Below are positions 53,327 to 64,000 of a DNA stretch of 64,000 bases, in pieces. The notes below the pieces were generated by a model. That model was not told the DNA's origin. It saw only the letters and a list, made by a program, of their open reading frames with translations, and ran no database searches. Every line of letters begins with the position of its first letter. Positions within the stretch are counted from its first letter, which is position 1. This stretch comes from an uncultured Chloroflexia bacterium (GTDB taxonomy: Bacteria; Chloroflexota; Anaerolineae; B4-G1; SLSP01): positions 32,001-96,000 of the forward strand of contig CAVVUS010000010.1 in the NCBI GenBank assembly GCA_963751345.1. Direction: 5' to 3'. Made by a program: the position numbers and the translations under genes.

Positions 53327-56053
53327 ATGATACCCGAGTCCCTTCGCCTCCGTAATTTCCTCTCACACCGCGAGACCGACCTCGATCTGCGCGGCGTGCA
53401 TCTGGCCAGCCTCGTCGGCCAAAACGGAGCGGGGAAATCCGCGCTGCTGGATGCCATCACCTGGGCGGTCTGGGGACGGTCGCGCGCGCCCTACGGGCAC
53501 GACGATGACCTGGTCTACCACGGAGAGTCGAGCCTGGAGGTTGAGTACGTCTTCCGTATGCCCTATCAGACCGGGGCCGAGCATCGCTGCCGCATTCTGA
53601 GGCGCCGTGAGGAACGTGGCCGCCGTGCGGTCAGTTCGCTTCTCGACTTCGAAGTCGAGACCGATGCCGGATGGCGCGTGCTGACGTCCGATAGTATCCG
53701 GGAGACCCAGCAATCCATTATCGATCACTTGGGCCTCGACTACGATACCTTCATCAATTCGGCCTATCTGCGGCAGGGGCACGCGGATGAGTTCACGGTT
53801 CAATCTCCAACCCAGCGGAAATCCGTATTGAGCACGGTGCTGGGGCTTGATCAATGGTCCGAGTATCAGGATCGGGCCAAGGTCAAGCTCTCTGCCGTGC
53901 AGGGGCAGATGCGCGAGCTCGATCGTCGCTTGACCGAGACCGAGGCGGAGTTGGCCCGCCGCGCTGAGTTTGAGGCTGCGCTGGCCCACGCCGAGGTCGA
54001 GGCTGCGGCTGCGGAGGCCGATCTGGCCGATGCCCAGCAGGCGATGGATGAGATGACGCGCGTCAGGGAGCAGGCTGTGGGTCTCCAGCGTCAGGTCGAG
54101 GATCTGACCCGCCGGCGCCGGGAGTTGGAGTCGGATCTCGCCAAGTTGCGCGACGAGATGGAGGCCAGACAGGATCGCCTGGCTCGCGATCAGGCGCTCG
54201 TCGCCCAGGCCGATGCGATCCAGGCCCGCTACACGGCCTATCAGGACGCGGTCGTCGAGGATCGAGGCTTCGGTCTCAAGCTGGCTGAAGCTGCGCGGCT
54301 GCAGGAGGACCGCGCTCGCCTTGAGACGGAGATTGCTGCGGCGCGTGAGGAGCTCAATGAGGCGCTGCGAGCCCTGGAGCGCGAGGAATCGCGCCTGGAT
54401 CGCGCCATAGCTGACGAGAAGGCTGCGGTCGAGCGTTCGCTCGGGGAGTTTCGGACGCAGGATGCACTTCTGGCAGAGCGGTTTGCGGACGAGAGCGTGC
54501 TCGCCGAATTCCGGACGGCGGAAGCTGCGGTCTCCGAACTGGTGTCAGTCGCGGAGGAGCTGGAGCATCAACGGGCCACCTTGCAGGAGAACGAGGTCGA
54601 GCAGAGCCGGTTGACCGAGCGAAACCGCCAACTGCGCGATCTGATGAACGAGACCAAGACCCGGCTGGACGCCCTGGCCGAAGCTGAGGCCGACTGTCCT
54701 CTCTGTGGACAGCCTCTCACGCCCGAGCACCATCAGCGACTGCTCTCCGACATCGAGGCGCAGGGCACCGAGATGGGAGATGAGTTCCGGGCCAACCGAC
54801 AGCGGCTTGCCGAACTCGATGAGGTGCAGGCTGCCCTGGGAGTGAGGCTCAAGGCGCTGGAGGCTCAGCTTCGCGCGAGGGCCGCGCGCGAGCAGGCGTT
54901 GGCACGTCTGCAGCAGCAGTTGGAACAGGGGGAGACGGCGCGTCATCGATCCGAAAAACTGCGGGACCGGATGGCAGCTCTCGAGCAGCGGATTGCCGAG
55001 CAGGATTTTGCCGGTCCCGAGCGTTTGGCCCTGGCCCACGTTATTGAGCAAAAGGCCCAGCTTCAGGCGAAACTGGCCTCGATTGACTTTGCTGCGCAGA
55101 CGCGCTCAGAGCTTGCCCGAGTACTGGCACAGCTTGCGGAGGTGGGCTACGATGCCGATGCTCATGCAGAGGTGCAGCGCCGCATCTCGGATCTCGAGGG
55201 GGCGGAAGCCGACTTCCGGGAGCTGGAGAAGGCGCGTATGGGTGTGGAGAGTGAGACCGGTGCGTTGGCGCACCTCGAGGTCCAGACCGGTATGCAGCAG
55301 GATCGTCTCGCAGGGATGGTGCAGGAGAGTGCGGACGCTGAGGCTGTGTTGGTTGGGCTCCGGAGTCACCTATCAGGGGCACCCGCGGTGGCCGAACATC
55401 TCAATGAGGTCCGGCAGGCGGCGACGGCGGCCCGTCAGCGCGTAGGAGCTGCCAGGCAGAACCTGGCGGCTCTGACCACCCTCGGGCAGCGGGTCGTGGG
55501 TATGCGGGAGCAGCGGGCCGAGTTGGGCGCGCGTATCGGAATCTATACCGAGTTGCGCGACGCTTTCGGCGTCAACGGCATCCCGGCCATGATCATAGAG
55601 CATACGTTGCCCGAGCTGGAGCGTGATGCGAACCGCATGCTGCAGCAACTCACCAGCGGGCGAATGCACGTACGCTTTGAGACGCAGCGCGAGACCAAGG
55701 CCGGCGACCTGCGGGAGACCCTCGATATCATCATCAGCGATGAGAAGGGAACCCGGCCCTACGAGGGGTTCTCAGGCGGGGAGCAGTTCCGCATCAACTT
55801 TGCGATCCGCGTGGCGCTCTCGCGGATGCTGGCCCAACGTGCCGGAGTACGACTGCGCTCGCTCTTCGTCGACGAGGGGTTTGGCGCCCTGGATGCCGAG
55901 GGACGTGAGCGCCTGGTGGAGGCCGTCAAAGCTGTTCAGGATGAGTTCGACATGATCCTCATCATCACGCACATCGACGAGCTGCGCGAGGCCTTCCCGA
56001 CCCAGATCCAGGTGACCAAGACCGACAGCGGGTCACAGGTGGAGATCCTGTAG
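53327..56053 (+). CDS. sbcC: SbcC/Rad50-like SMC ATPase
   Basis: G.NGAGKS, long coiled coil, CPLC zinc hook, FSGGE, LFVDEGFG.LD, ITH. Confidence 0.85.
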   Translation: MIPESLRLRNFLSHRETDLDLRGVHLASLVGQNGAGKSALLDAITWAVWGRSRAPYGHDDDLVYHGESSLEVEYVFRMPYQTGAEHRCRILRRREERGRRAVSSLLDFEVETDAGWRVLTSDSIRETQQSIIDHLGLDYDTFINSAYLRQGHADEFTVQSPTQRKSVLSTVLGLDQWSEYQDRAKVKLSAVQGQMRELDRRLTETEAELARRAEFEAALAHAEVEAAAAEADLADAQQAMDEMTRVREQAVGLQRQVEDLTRRRRELESDLAKLRDEMEARQDRLARDQALVAQADAIQARYTAYQDAVVEDRGFGLKLAEAARLQEDRARLETEIAAAREELNEALRALEREESRLDRAIADEKAAVERSLGEFRTQDALLAERFADESVLAEFRTAEAAVSELVSVAEELEHQRATLQENEVEQSRLTERNRQLRDLMNETKTRLDALAEAEADCPLCGQPLTPEHHQRLLSDIEAQGTEMGDEFRANRQRLAELDEVQAALGVRLKALEAQLRARAAREQALARLQQQLEQGETARHRSEKLRDRMAALEQRIAEQDFAGPERLALAHVIEQKAQLQAKLASIDFAAQTRSELARVLAQLAEVGYDADAHAEVQRRISDLEGAEADFRELEKARMGVESETGALAHLEVQTGMQQDRLAGMVQESADAEAVLVGLRSHLSGAPAVAEHLNEVRQAATAARQRVGAARQNLAALTTLGQRVVGMREQRAELGARIGIYTELRDAFGVNGIPAMIIEHTLPELERDANRMLQQLTSGRMHVRFETQRETKAGDLRETLDIIISDEKGTRPYEGFSGGEQFRINFAIRVALSRMLAQRAGVRLRSLFVDEGFGALDAEGRERLVEAVKAVQDEFDMILIITHIDELREAFPTQIQVTKTDSGSQVEIL

Positions 56054-56146
56054 CCTGCTTGCTCGAGCCCGCAGCTTCGTAAATAACCTCTCTCACCCAT
56101 GGCCCCGTCGGATCTACGTTTGGACCGTCCGGCACCAACACGTGGT

Positions 56147-57380
56147 CTATTTGGTGAACAGCGCCACATTCTCGATGTGATACGTCTGTGGGAAGAGGTC
56201 CACGGGCTGAACCCAATCCAGGTGATACCCGTGTCGCGTCAATCTGAGGCTGTCCCGCGCGAGCGTCGCCGGGTCGCACGAGACGTAGACCAGACGTTTC
56301 GGGCCGTGGCCGGCGATGGCATCGATGACCTCGGGCGCCAGGCCGGTTCGCGGGGGATCCACGACGATGGCATCCAGTGGATCCTGGATGTCGCCGATCA
56401 TGTCCTCTACAGATCCCTCCAGGAGATCCACGTTGTCGGCGCCCGCCATATTGTGATTGGCGTCGACGATGGCGGGCGGATTGGCCTCGATCCCGATCAC
56501 GTGGCAGGCTTCCTCGGCGATGAAACGCGGTGAAGAGCCCCACGCCGCAGTAGGCGTCCAACACGTATTCTGAGCCGGTGAGGTCCAACGCGCCCATCAC
56601 GATGTTCACGAGTTCCGCTGCCTGGGCAGAGTTGACCTGGAAGAAGCTTGTAGCGGAGATGCGGAATTCCCGGTCGTGGATGCGCTCCATAATGTAATCC
56701 AACCCGATGAGTGGAGCAACGGCGTCATCGTGGCGGATCTGCACGATAGACAGCGGGAAATCGACCTCCAGCAGAGGCGATTCCTCCTCCTTGGCCTGCA
56801 GGAGCAGCATCAAGTCACCGGTCGCGGTGCCCGCGCGGAGCTCGAGCCATTCCAGCTCCGGATAGGTCATATCGAGAGTCTTGAACAGCGTGCTGAGCAG
56901 CGGATGGATGATCAGGCAATCGTCGATGGGATAGACGTCGTGACTTCGCGCACCGAGAAACCCGAGCCTGCCCGCCGGATCGACGCGGAACAGGGCGTGG
57001 TTGCGATACTCCCAGCCGGTCTCATCCGGGATCGGCTCAAACACCGGTGGCTCTTTGATTTTTCCGATGCGTTCGAGCTGATCCAGCGTTACCAACCCTT
57101 TCATCCTGGGCTGTACGGCGGTGTCGATGTGCTGCCACTGGCAGCCCCCGCACTTGTCCTGTCCGAAGAAGGGACACGGGGGCGTCACCCTGACGGCTGA
57201 AGGGGTCAGAACGTCGAGGAGGGTTGCGCGAGCATAGCGCCCGTGATCCTCTACGATCTCCACTCGGACGCGCTCGCCGGGTATCGCATATGGGACGAAG
57301 ATCGCACGCCCCTCGTGGCGGCCAATCGCCTCGCCACCATGAGCCATCGCGTTCAATTCCAGGGTAATCGTCTCTGTCAT
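56147..57380 (-). CDS. rlmD: 23S rRNA m5U methyltransferase (RlmD/TrmA family, TRAM domain); indel ~56520
   Basis: C......CGGCQWQH, SFFQVN, DAYCGVG, VDPPR.G, YVSCDP.TLARD, DLFPQT.HIE. Confidence 0.85.
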
Positions 57381-57484
57381 ATCAGCCTTCCCGACACTGC
57401 GTCGCCTATACCTGCACACTCTCTTCCCTACCATTATAACGTATACTTCTGTGTCTCTCCTCGTAACCCCGTTTGCGCTGTGGG

Positions 57485-57512
57485 TTGCTAAGAACACCTT
57501 CCGTGGTATACT
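57485..57512 (+). promoter_or_regulatory. Putative rpsO promoter
   Basis: TTGCTA-16 nt-TATACT with TG extension. Confidence 0.5.
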
Positions 57513-57582
57513 GCCTTTCACGTTGACCACTGGCCGATGCGTATGAAACGGTTGGTCGGTTCCCTAAAAGGAGTGGGAAGTC

Positions 57583-57849
57583 GTGCTATCTAAGGAAGAA
57601 AAAGAACACATCATCAAGGAATATGCACAGGCGCCGGATGACACGGGGTCGTCAGAGGTTCAGATTGCGCTGCTAACGCGCCGGATCTCTGATCTGACCG
57701 AGCATCTCAAGGCGCACAAGAACGACACGCACTCACGGCGAGGCTTGCTTAAGCTCGTTGGACAGCGGCGTCGGCACCTTAGTTACTTGCAGAAGAAGAG
57801 TCCGCAGCGCTATCGAGATCTCATCCGGCGCCTCGGACTGCGCAGGTAA
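57583..57849 (+). CDS. rpsO: 30S ribosomal protein S15
   Basis: [36 protein letters not shown]. Confidence 0.97.
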   Translation: MLSKEEKEHIIKEYAQAPDDTGSSEVQIALLTRRISDLTEHLKAHKNDTHSRRGLLKLVGQRRRHLSYLQKKSPQRYRDLIRRLGLRR

Positions 57850-57883
57850 ACCTGTATTAACGTTGTATCACGGAGTTCAATGG

Positions 57884-57929
57884 CAGGCGAGTAGGTTTGG
57901 GGCTTGATCCCCTCTACTCGCCTGTCTTT
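57884..57929 (+). terminator. rpsO terminator
   Basis: caggcgagtag / ctactcgcctg followed by TCTTT. Confidence 0.65.
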
Positions 57930-58139
57930 GTGCTTACGCCCCGACACCGTCGGGGTACGTCTCGACGTCGTCGGGACGTGATGTCGGACGGAATTGGAAG
58001 AGGATAGGTAACGATCCGACCGCCCGTATGCTAGAGGGTGGGAATTGGGAAGTGGGGTGCACCGCGCTATGGGGGCGTTGTGTACAGCAGTTCCCAGTTT
58101 CTAGCCTTCTATCACCGGGAGCGTCGGCTATAGGAGGTT

Positions 58140-60362
58140 ATGATGTTAGAGGAACATGTTTTTGAGTTCGAGTTGGGTGGTCAGACGATCACCATTAAGA
58201 CGGGCAAGATTGCCCGTCTCGCCGGCGGCGCGGTCATCGTCCAGTCCGGCGATACCGTCCTCCTGGCGACGGCCACGATGGCGCACAGCCCCCGTGAGGG
58301 GATCGATTTCTTTCCCCTGACGGTTGACTTCGAGGAACGACTCTATGCCGCGGGACGGATTCCCGGTTCGTTCTTTAGGCGCGAGGGACGACCATCCGAG
58401 AAGGCGATCCTGACCAGCCGCCTGATCGATCGCGCGATGCGACCGCTTTTCCCCAAGGATATGCGCAATGACGTGCAGGTCATCGTCCAGCCGCTGTCCC
58501 AGGGCGAATTGGAGTATGCGGACACACTGGGCGTGATCGCAGCTTCTGCAGCGCTGACGATCTCCAACGCGCCCTTCGATGGGCCGGTCGCTGCGGTGCG
58601 CATCGGCTATATCGACGGTGAGTTCGTCGTCAACCCAAACATCACGCAGATGCAGACGAGCGATCTGGACTTGGTCGTGGCAGCTCGCACGGATGCGATC
58701 CTTATGGTGGAGGCTGGCGCCAACGTTATCACCGAGGAACTGATGCTCGATGCGATGGAGCTGGCTCACAGCGCCATCCAGGATGCCATTCGTGTTCAGA
58801 ACGACATGCAACGCAGCGTCGGCAAGCCCAAGACGCTCGATTACCCGATCTTCGAGACACCGGAGACCCTCTCCCGCCGCGTCCGCGATCTGATGCTGGA
58901 CCGTGTGCGTATGTTGGTGGATACGACTCTGCTCAAGGGGGAGCGCATCGAGGCTTTGGATGACCTGCAGAGCGAGCTCAAGACGGCTTTGGCAGAAGAA
59001 GCTGAGGCCAATGGCTGGTCCTCGCGACTCATCGGTGGTGCTTTCGACGATGTCCTCAAGGAGGTCGTGCGCGAGCGCATTCTGGATAAGGGCATTCGGC
59101 CCGATGGTCGGGATCAGAGCACGTTGCGTGCTTTGGACGCCGAGGTGCATCTCGTGCCCCGCCCTCATGGCTCAGGCCTTTTCACCCGCGGTGAGACCCA
59201 GGTGATGAGCCTTGCGACGCTGGGCATGCCTGGCGAGCGTCAAGAGTTGGATGACCTCTTCCCTGAGGAGACCAAGCGATACATTCACCACTATAACTTC
59301 CCGCCCTTCTCGACAGGCGAGACCTGGCCGTTGCGTGGCCCGCGGCGCCGCGAGATTGGTCATGGCGCGCTGGCCGAGCGTGCGATCGAACCTGTGTTGC
59401 CCTCCAAAGAGGCCTTCCCTTACACCGTCCGGGTGGTAAGCGAAGTGATGGCCTCCAACGGCAGCACATCGATGGCCTCGACCTGTGCCAGCACTTTGGC
59501 CCTGATGGACGCCGGCGTACCCATCGCGGCTCCCGTCGGGGGCATTGCGATGGGCTTGGTCTCCGATGGCCAACGCTATCGTGTTTTGACCGACATCCAG
59601 GGCCTCGAGGATCATCTTGGGGATATGGACTTCAAGGTCACCGGAACACGCGAAGGCATCACCGCGCTCCAGATGGACATCAAGATCAAAGGCGTGAGCC
59701 GCAAGATCCTCAGTGAAGCGCTTGAGCAGGCCCGCGTGGCCCGCGAGCAGATCATCGACGTCATCGAATCTGCTATTGCGGCACCCCGGTCCTCGCTTTC
59801 CTCCTACGCTCCCAAGATGCTGACCACGCAGATCGATCCCGAGAAGATCGGTACTCTGATTGGCCCGGGTGGCAAGATGATCCGGTCACTTCAGGCGGAA
59901 TATGAGGTCAAGATCGACGTCGAAGAGGACGGCACCGTCTTTATCGCTGCACCGGCCGGTGACGGCGCTCAGCGGGCACTGGCTTACGTCGAGTCGATGA
60001 TGCAGACACCCAAGCTGGGCAACGTCTACACCGGCAAGGTTGTTCGGGTGGCTGACTTCGGTGCCTTTGTCGAGATTCTGCCCGGCACGGATGGCCTGGT
60101 TCACATTTCCCAGCTTTCCGATACGCGCATCGAGAAGGTAACCGATGTCGTGAATGTGGGCGATGAGATTCTCGTGATGGTGACAGCCGTTACGGATGGT
60201 AAGGTCCGTCTTTCTCGCCAGGCCGTGCTGGAAGGGTGGTCTCTGGAGGAAGCTCAAGCTCAGGATTCGCCGCCCTCTGGTGGCGGTCGCCGTGGTGGTG
60301 GTGGTGGTGGTGGCGTTCGCGCCGCCGAAACTGAGCCTGTTCGCCCTATCATCATTGTCTGA
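58140..60362 (+). CDS. pnp: Polyribonucleotide nucleotidyltransferase
   Basis: DFFPLTVD, IPG.FFRREG, RREIGHG.LA, SNGSTSMAS, GDMDFKV, KH and S1 domains; extreme C-terminus may be affected by an indel. Confidence 0.97.
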   Translation: MMLEEHVFEFELGGQTITIKTGKIARLAGGAVIVQSGDTVLLATATMAHSPREGIDFFPLTVDFEERLYAAGRIPGSFFRREGRPSEKAILTSRLIDRAMRPLFPKDMRNDVQVIVQPLSQGELEYADTLGVIAASAALTISNAPFDGPVAAVRIGYIDGEFVVNPNITQMQTSDLDLVVAARTDAILMVEAGANVITEELMLDAMELAHSAIQDAIRVQNDMQRSVGKPKTLDYPIFETPETLSRRVRDLMLDRVRMLVDTTLLKGERIEALDDLQSELKTALAEEAEANGWSSRLIGGAFDDVLKEVVRERILDKGIRPDGRDQSTLRALDAEVHLVPRPHGSGLFTRGETQVMSLATLGMPGERQELDDLFPEETKRYIHHYNFPPFSTGETWPLRGPRRREIGHGALAERAIEPVLPSKEAFPYTVRVVSEVMASNGSTSMASTCASTLALMDAGVPIAAPVGGIAMGLVSDGQRYRVLTDIQGLEDHLGDMDFKVTGTREGITALQMDIKIKGVSRKILSEALEQARVAREQIIDVIESAIAAPRSSLSSYAPKMLTTQIDPEKIGTLIGPGGKMIRSLQAEYEVKIDVEEDGTVFIAAPAGDGAQRALAYVESMMQTPKLGNVYTGKVVRVADFGAFVEILPGTDGLVHISQLSDTRIEKVTDVVNVGDEILVMVTAVTDGKVRLSRQAVLEGWSLEEAQAQDSPPSGGGRRGGGGGGGVRAAETEPVRPIIIV

Positions 60363-60382
60363 CTCGATCACAAGGAGGATTT

Positions 60383-60562
60383 GTGGACAAGAAGCCCGAT
60401 GTCAAAACGCTGGGAGAATCTGAAAACTACACGATCTGGTCGTCTCATGAAGCTGAGACAGACGAAATGATCTATCACATTGAGTTCGAGACGGTCACCA
60501 TCCACCTCTTTGAGGATGAGTGGGAGGAATTCGTCAGTGTGATACTCCAATGCGTCCGTTGA
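60383..60562 (+). CDS. 59-aa acidic hypothetical protein (absent from ORF track)
   Basis: AAGGAGG RBS, GTG 60383 to TGA 60562: MDKKPDVKTLGESENYTIWSSHEAETDEMIYHIEFETVTIHLFEDEWEEFVSVILQCVR. Confidence 0.7.
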   Translation: MDKKPDVKTLGESENYTIWSSHEAETDEMIYHIEFETVTIHLFEDEWEEFVSVILQCVR

Positions 60563-60644
60563 TCTAGCTTCGGTTCTGACCTCCGGTGGCGGCTTAGCCG
60601 CCCGTCCGGACTCCGAACGGATGCATCCAGACGCACGTGAATGT

Positions 60645-60672
60645 GGGCACGGGATTTGCTCCCGTGCCCTTT
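60645..60672 (+). terminator. Terminator after pnp and the small ORF
   Basis: gggcacggga / tcccgtgccc followed by TTT. Confidence 0.65.
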
Positions 60673-60868
60673 ACGTTTCCGTTACCTACTTCGGCACCTG
60701 TTTTATGCTATAATGAGTTCAGTTGCGGAAGTGTGTTTGACGAAAATTGATCCTCGGTGGGGCGGAAGACGCACGTTTTGCCGCCTTGCCGGAACGTATA
60801 ACGGTATATATTGATGAGGTTGCCCGCAAGTGGGGTTTGACGATGTGGGGTAGACAGAGGGTACATAT

Positions 60869-63359
60869 ATGGCCGACCCGCTAGAGAGGTTCACACCATC
60901 AGCGCAGGAGGTGCTGCGCTTCGCCCAGATTGAGGCGAAACGGATGCATCATGCAACCATCGGCCCTGAGCATATCCTGCTGGGGCTGATGTTGGAAGGC
61001 GAGGGGATTGCCGGTCGGGTGTTGCGCGATATGGGGCTGCGTCCTCAGCAAGCACTGCAGACGGTGGCTCGGCTGTCGAGTGCCAAGCCTCTGATTGATC
61101 CGGAGCCGGAGCTCCGTCATTCCACAGAGATGCTCCTGCAGATGTCGCTGGAAGAGGCGAAGCGCCACAACAGTTCGGTAGTCGATACCCAGCACTTGCT
61201 CCTGGCATTGCTGCGCCAGCATGAGGGTGTGATCATTGCGGTGTTGACCCAGGCGGGGCTCTCTGCGGAGACGATTCGCCGGCGGATCGAGAGATTCATG
61301 CCGATGCGTCCCAAGACCTCGGCTGCGCCACAGCGCAGGACCGGAGGTGCGGCGCGATCGGAGCCACGGTCGGGAGGATCGTCCGACGCGCTGCTGGAAC
61401 AGGTGGCGGTTGATCTGACGGAAATGGCGACCGAGAATCGTCTGGATCCCGTGATCGGGCGCCAGGAAGAGATCGAGCGCGTGATTCAGATCCTTGCCCG
61501 CCGCACGAAGAACAATCCTGCCCTGATCGGTGAGCCCGGTGTGGGCAAGACTGCCATTGTAGAGGGATTGGCGCAGCGCATCGTCTCCGGTGGTGTGCCG
61601 GGTCCGATCCTTGGCAAGCGGTTGGTTCAACTGGATGTCGGCTCACTGGTTGCCGGTACAATGTACCGCGGTCAGTTTGAGGAGCGCCTCAAGAAGGTCT
61701 TGGCCGAGCTAAAGGATAGCAATACCATCGTATTCATCGACGAGGTGCACATGCTCGTCGGCGCCGGATCGGCGGGTTCGTCCATTGATGCCGCCAACAT
61801 CCTCAAACCTGCGTTGGCACGTGGTGAGCTCCAGTGTATCGGTGCTACCACGTTGGACGAGTACCGAAAGCATATTGAGTCGGATGCCGCGCTGGAGCGA
61901 CGTTTCCAGCCGGTAATGGTCAACGAGCCCACCGCCGAGCAGACCATCGCGATTCTGCGCGGGATCAAGCACGCTTACGAGCAGCACCATCGCTTGTTGA
62001 TCAGCGATGAGGCGTTGCAGGCCGCGACCCAACTCTCCTCGCGCTATGTTCCTGAGCGTTTCCTGCCCGACAAAGCCATCGATGTTATGGATGAGGCGGC
62101 GTCGCGGGTGAAGATGTACAAGTCCCCGCTTTCTATCCAGTTACGTGAGGTCTTCGAGCAGATTCAGGACCTCCGCCTCAAGCAGGCCCAGTTCAGGGTA
62201 GCCGGCAAGCGCAAGGAGCTGGCCGAGCTCAAGACGGAAGAGGGCACGCTTGAAGAGCCGGATGGAGATGTTGCGTCAGATGCGGTCTGAGGAGGATGAG
62301 GGTCTCACCGTTGGCCCCGACGACGTCGCCGAGATCATCGCGATGTGGACGGGCATCCCCATGACCCAGATCGCCGAGGAGGAGTCTCGCCGTCTCCTTG
62401 ATATGGAGAATGACCTGCGCCAGCATATTGTAGGTCAGAACGAGGCGATCGAGTTGGTGGCCCAGGCTGTTCGCCGGGCTCGGGCCGGTCTTAAGGATCC
62501 CCGCCGTCCCATTGGCTCCTTTATCTTCCTGGGGCCGACCGGCGTGGGTAAGACCGAGTTGTCCAAGGCCTTGGCTCGCTTCATGTTTGGCTCCGAGGAC
62601 GCGCTGATCCAGATCGATATGTCCGAGTTTATGGAGCGACACGCGGTGGCCCGCCTGGTGGGCGCCCCTCCAGGATACGTCGGCTACGATGACGCCGGGC
62701 AGTTGACCGAGGCAATCCGGCGGCGTCCTTACTCCATCGTCGTCTTTGACGAGATCGAGAAAGCCCACCCGGACACCTTCAACATGCTGTTGCAGATGAT
62801 GGAGGAAGGTGTCCTCTCGGACGCACGGGGTCACAAGGTCGACTTCCGCAATACCCTCCTGATTATGACCTCCAACGTGGGGGCCGATGACATCCTGCGA
62901 CAGGGATCGTTGGGCTTTACTCTGGAGTCGGCGGAGACGGGCGAGAGCCAGACCTACAAGGAGATGCGTCAGAAGCTGATGGGCCGGTTGCGCAAGCTCT
63001 TCCGCCCCGAGTTCCTGAACCGGGTCGATGCGGTCGTCGTCTTCCGGGCGCTCAATCACGAGGATATCCGCGAGATCGTCGGCCTGGAGGTCGCGAAACT
63101 GCGCGATCGTCTCCTGGAGAATGGCTTCGACATCCGGCTCACCGACGCGGCCCAGGATTGGCTGGCGATACACGGCTATAGCACCGAATACGGAGCTCGC
63201 CCGCTCCGCCGTCTGATTCAGCAAGAGGTCGAGACGCCGGTCTCTGATGCGTTGTTAGCCGGCAAATACCGTATGGGCGATGTGATCATTGTCGACCAGG
63301 GCGAGGATGGCATCGAGCTCAAACCTGCCGAAGAGCCTGAGCTCGCCATCGAGCTGTAG
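60869..63359 (+). CDS. clpC: ATP-dependent Clp protease ATP-binding subunit; indel ~62255
   Basis: ClpN repeats, [29 protein letters not shown] ClpP-binding loop, YGARPLRR. Confidence 0.92.
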
Positions 63360-63384
63360 TTCTCCTGATCCTCCTACAGTGAAT

Positions 63385-63416
63385 AAGAGGCGGGACCTGA
63401 AAGGTCCCGCCTCTTT
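63385..63416. terminator. Bidirectional terminator between clpC and xer
   Basis: aagaggcgggacct-gaa-aggtcccgcctctt. Confidence 0.8.
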
Positions 63417-63451
63417 GTCGTCTTCTCGCCCCTCCGCTGATTCTGCATTCT

Positions 63452-64000
63452 CTATTCTTGCTTTTCCTCCGACCGCGGGTGCGCCTTCAGATAGATCTCC
63501 CGCGCCCGCCGCTGCGTCACACTGGCGTAGATCTGTGTCGTCGCGATGTTCTCGTGTCCCAGCAGTTCTTGTACCACTCGAAGATCCGCTCCACCGTTCA
63601 GCATATGGGTGGCGAACGTGTGCCGCAGCAAGTGAGGGGTCACCGTCTGATCGATGCCCGCGGCGACCCCGGCCTGGCGAACGATCGTATCTACAGAGCG
63701 CGCTGAGAGACGCCCACCGAACCGGTTCAAGAAGATGGCGTTGGTGGTCTGGTCACCGATGAAGGACGAACGAGCACGGTCTATATAGGCGCGCAGCGCT
63801 TCTGCCCCCGGCACGCCGATCAGCACGATACGCTCCTTATTGCCCTTTCCGATCACCCGCAGTTCCTTGGCGCTAAGGTCGAGGTCCCCCAGGTCCAGGG
63901 CGGAGAGCTCGCTGACTCGCATCCCCGAGCCATAGAGCACTTCGAGGATCGCACGATCGCGAAGCCCTTTCGGCTCGGAGACATCGGGCACCGCCAGAAG
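63452..64000 (-). CDS. Tyrosine recombinase XerC/XerD, C-terminal part (5' end outside window)
   Basis: RDRAILE.LY.SG.RVSEL, GKG.KER, PH.LRH.FATH.L..GADLR.VQELLGH..I.TTQIY. Confidence 0.92.
   Translation of the reverse strand, partial: LLAVPDVSEPKGLRDRAILEVLYGSGMRVSELSALDLGDLDLSAKELRVIGKGNKERIVLIGVPGAEALRAYIDRARSSFIGDQTTNAIFLNRFGGRLSARSVDTIVRQAGVAAGIDQTVTPHLLRHTFATHMLNGGADLRVVQELLGHENIATTQIYASVTQRRAREIYLKAHPRSEEKQE

Noticed and set aside
60279-60334. GGT repeat at the pnp 3' end as a phase-variable tract
   Set aside because: A triplet repeat encoding a Gly-rich tail does not shift frame; the odd final residues may reflect one more indel.
60368-60550. Minus-strand 60-aa ORF from the track
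   Set aside because: Shadow of the plus-strand 59-aa ORF, which has the RBS and operon orientation.
60736-60752. CtsR-like heptad repeat upstream of clpC (TTTGACG-aaa-ATTGATC)
   Set aside because: Too degenerate, and no ctsR gene in the window.
63452-64000. Mobile-element integrase linked to the tRNA fragment
   Set aside because: Motifs are canonical housekeeping XerC/D, and the intervening genes are core genes.

Overview
GC-rich bacterial chromosomal segment, most likely Chloroflexota/Anaerolineae. This is inferred from gene content (NBR1-Ig lipoprotein, YFPETGH-type secreted protein, TPR/STAND protein), not from a marker gene. It carries a CDP-3,6-dideoxyhexose sugar cluster (rfbF/rfbG/reductase/rfbH/GT2) followed by adenosine kinase and ahcY, nucleoside/purine genes, two-component systems, a chelatase I/D locus, araB-araD, two ECF sigma factors, a peptide ABC transporter, trmD, hflX, rlmE, sbcC-like, rlmD, rpsO-pnp, clpC and a partial xerC/D. 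About 15 single-base frameshifts, including two in essential trmD, point to long-read indel errors, so split ORFs are not treated as pseudogenes. No CRISPR array, rRNA, intact tRNA, transposase or prophage was seen. The most interesting signals are: (1) a complete -1 programmed-frameshift cassette (internal SD, A_AAA_AAA, 13-bp stem-loop) joining a ChlI-like ATPase to a VWA domain; (2) five 8-bp-period ACGT arrays at gene junctions of the first 6.7 kb, three supplying the stop codon; (3) a family of C-rich/G-rich hairpins, some coupled to a shared 18-bp tandem unit, inserted inside protein-coding genes in both orientations; (4) a hairpin MITE with 16-bp flanking direct repeats; (5) a lone tRNA-Ser-like 3' end.
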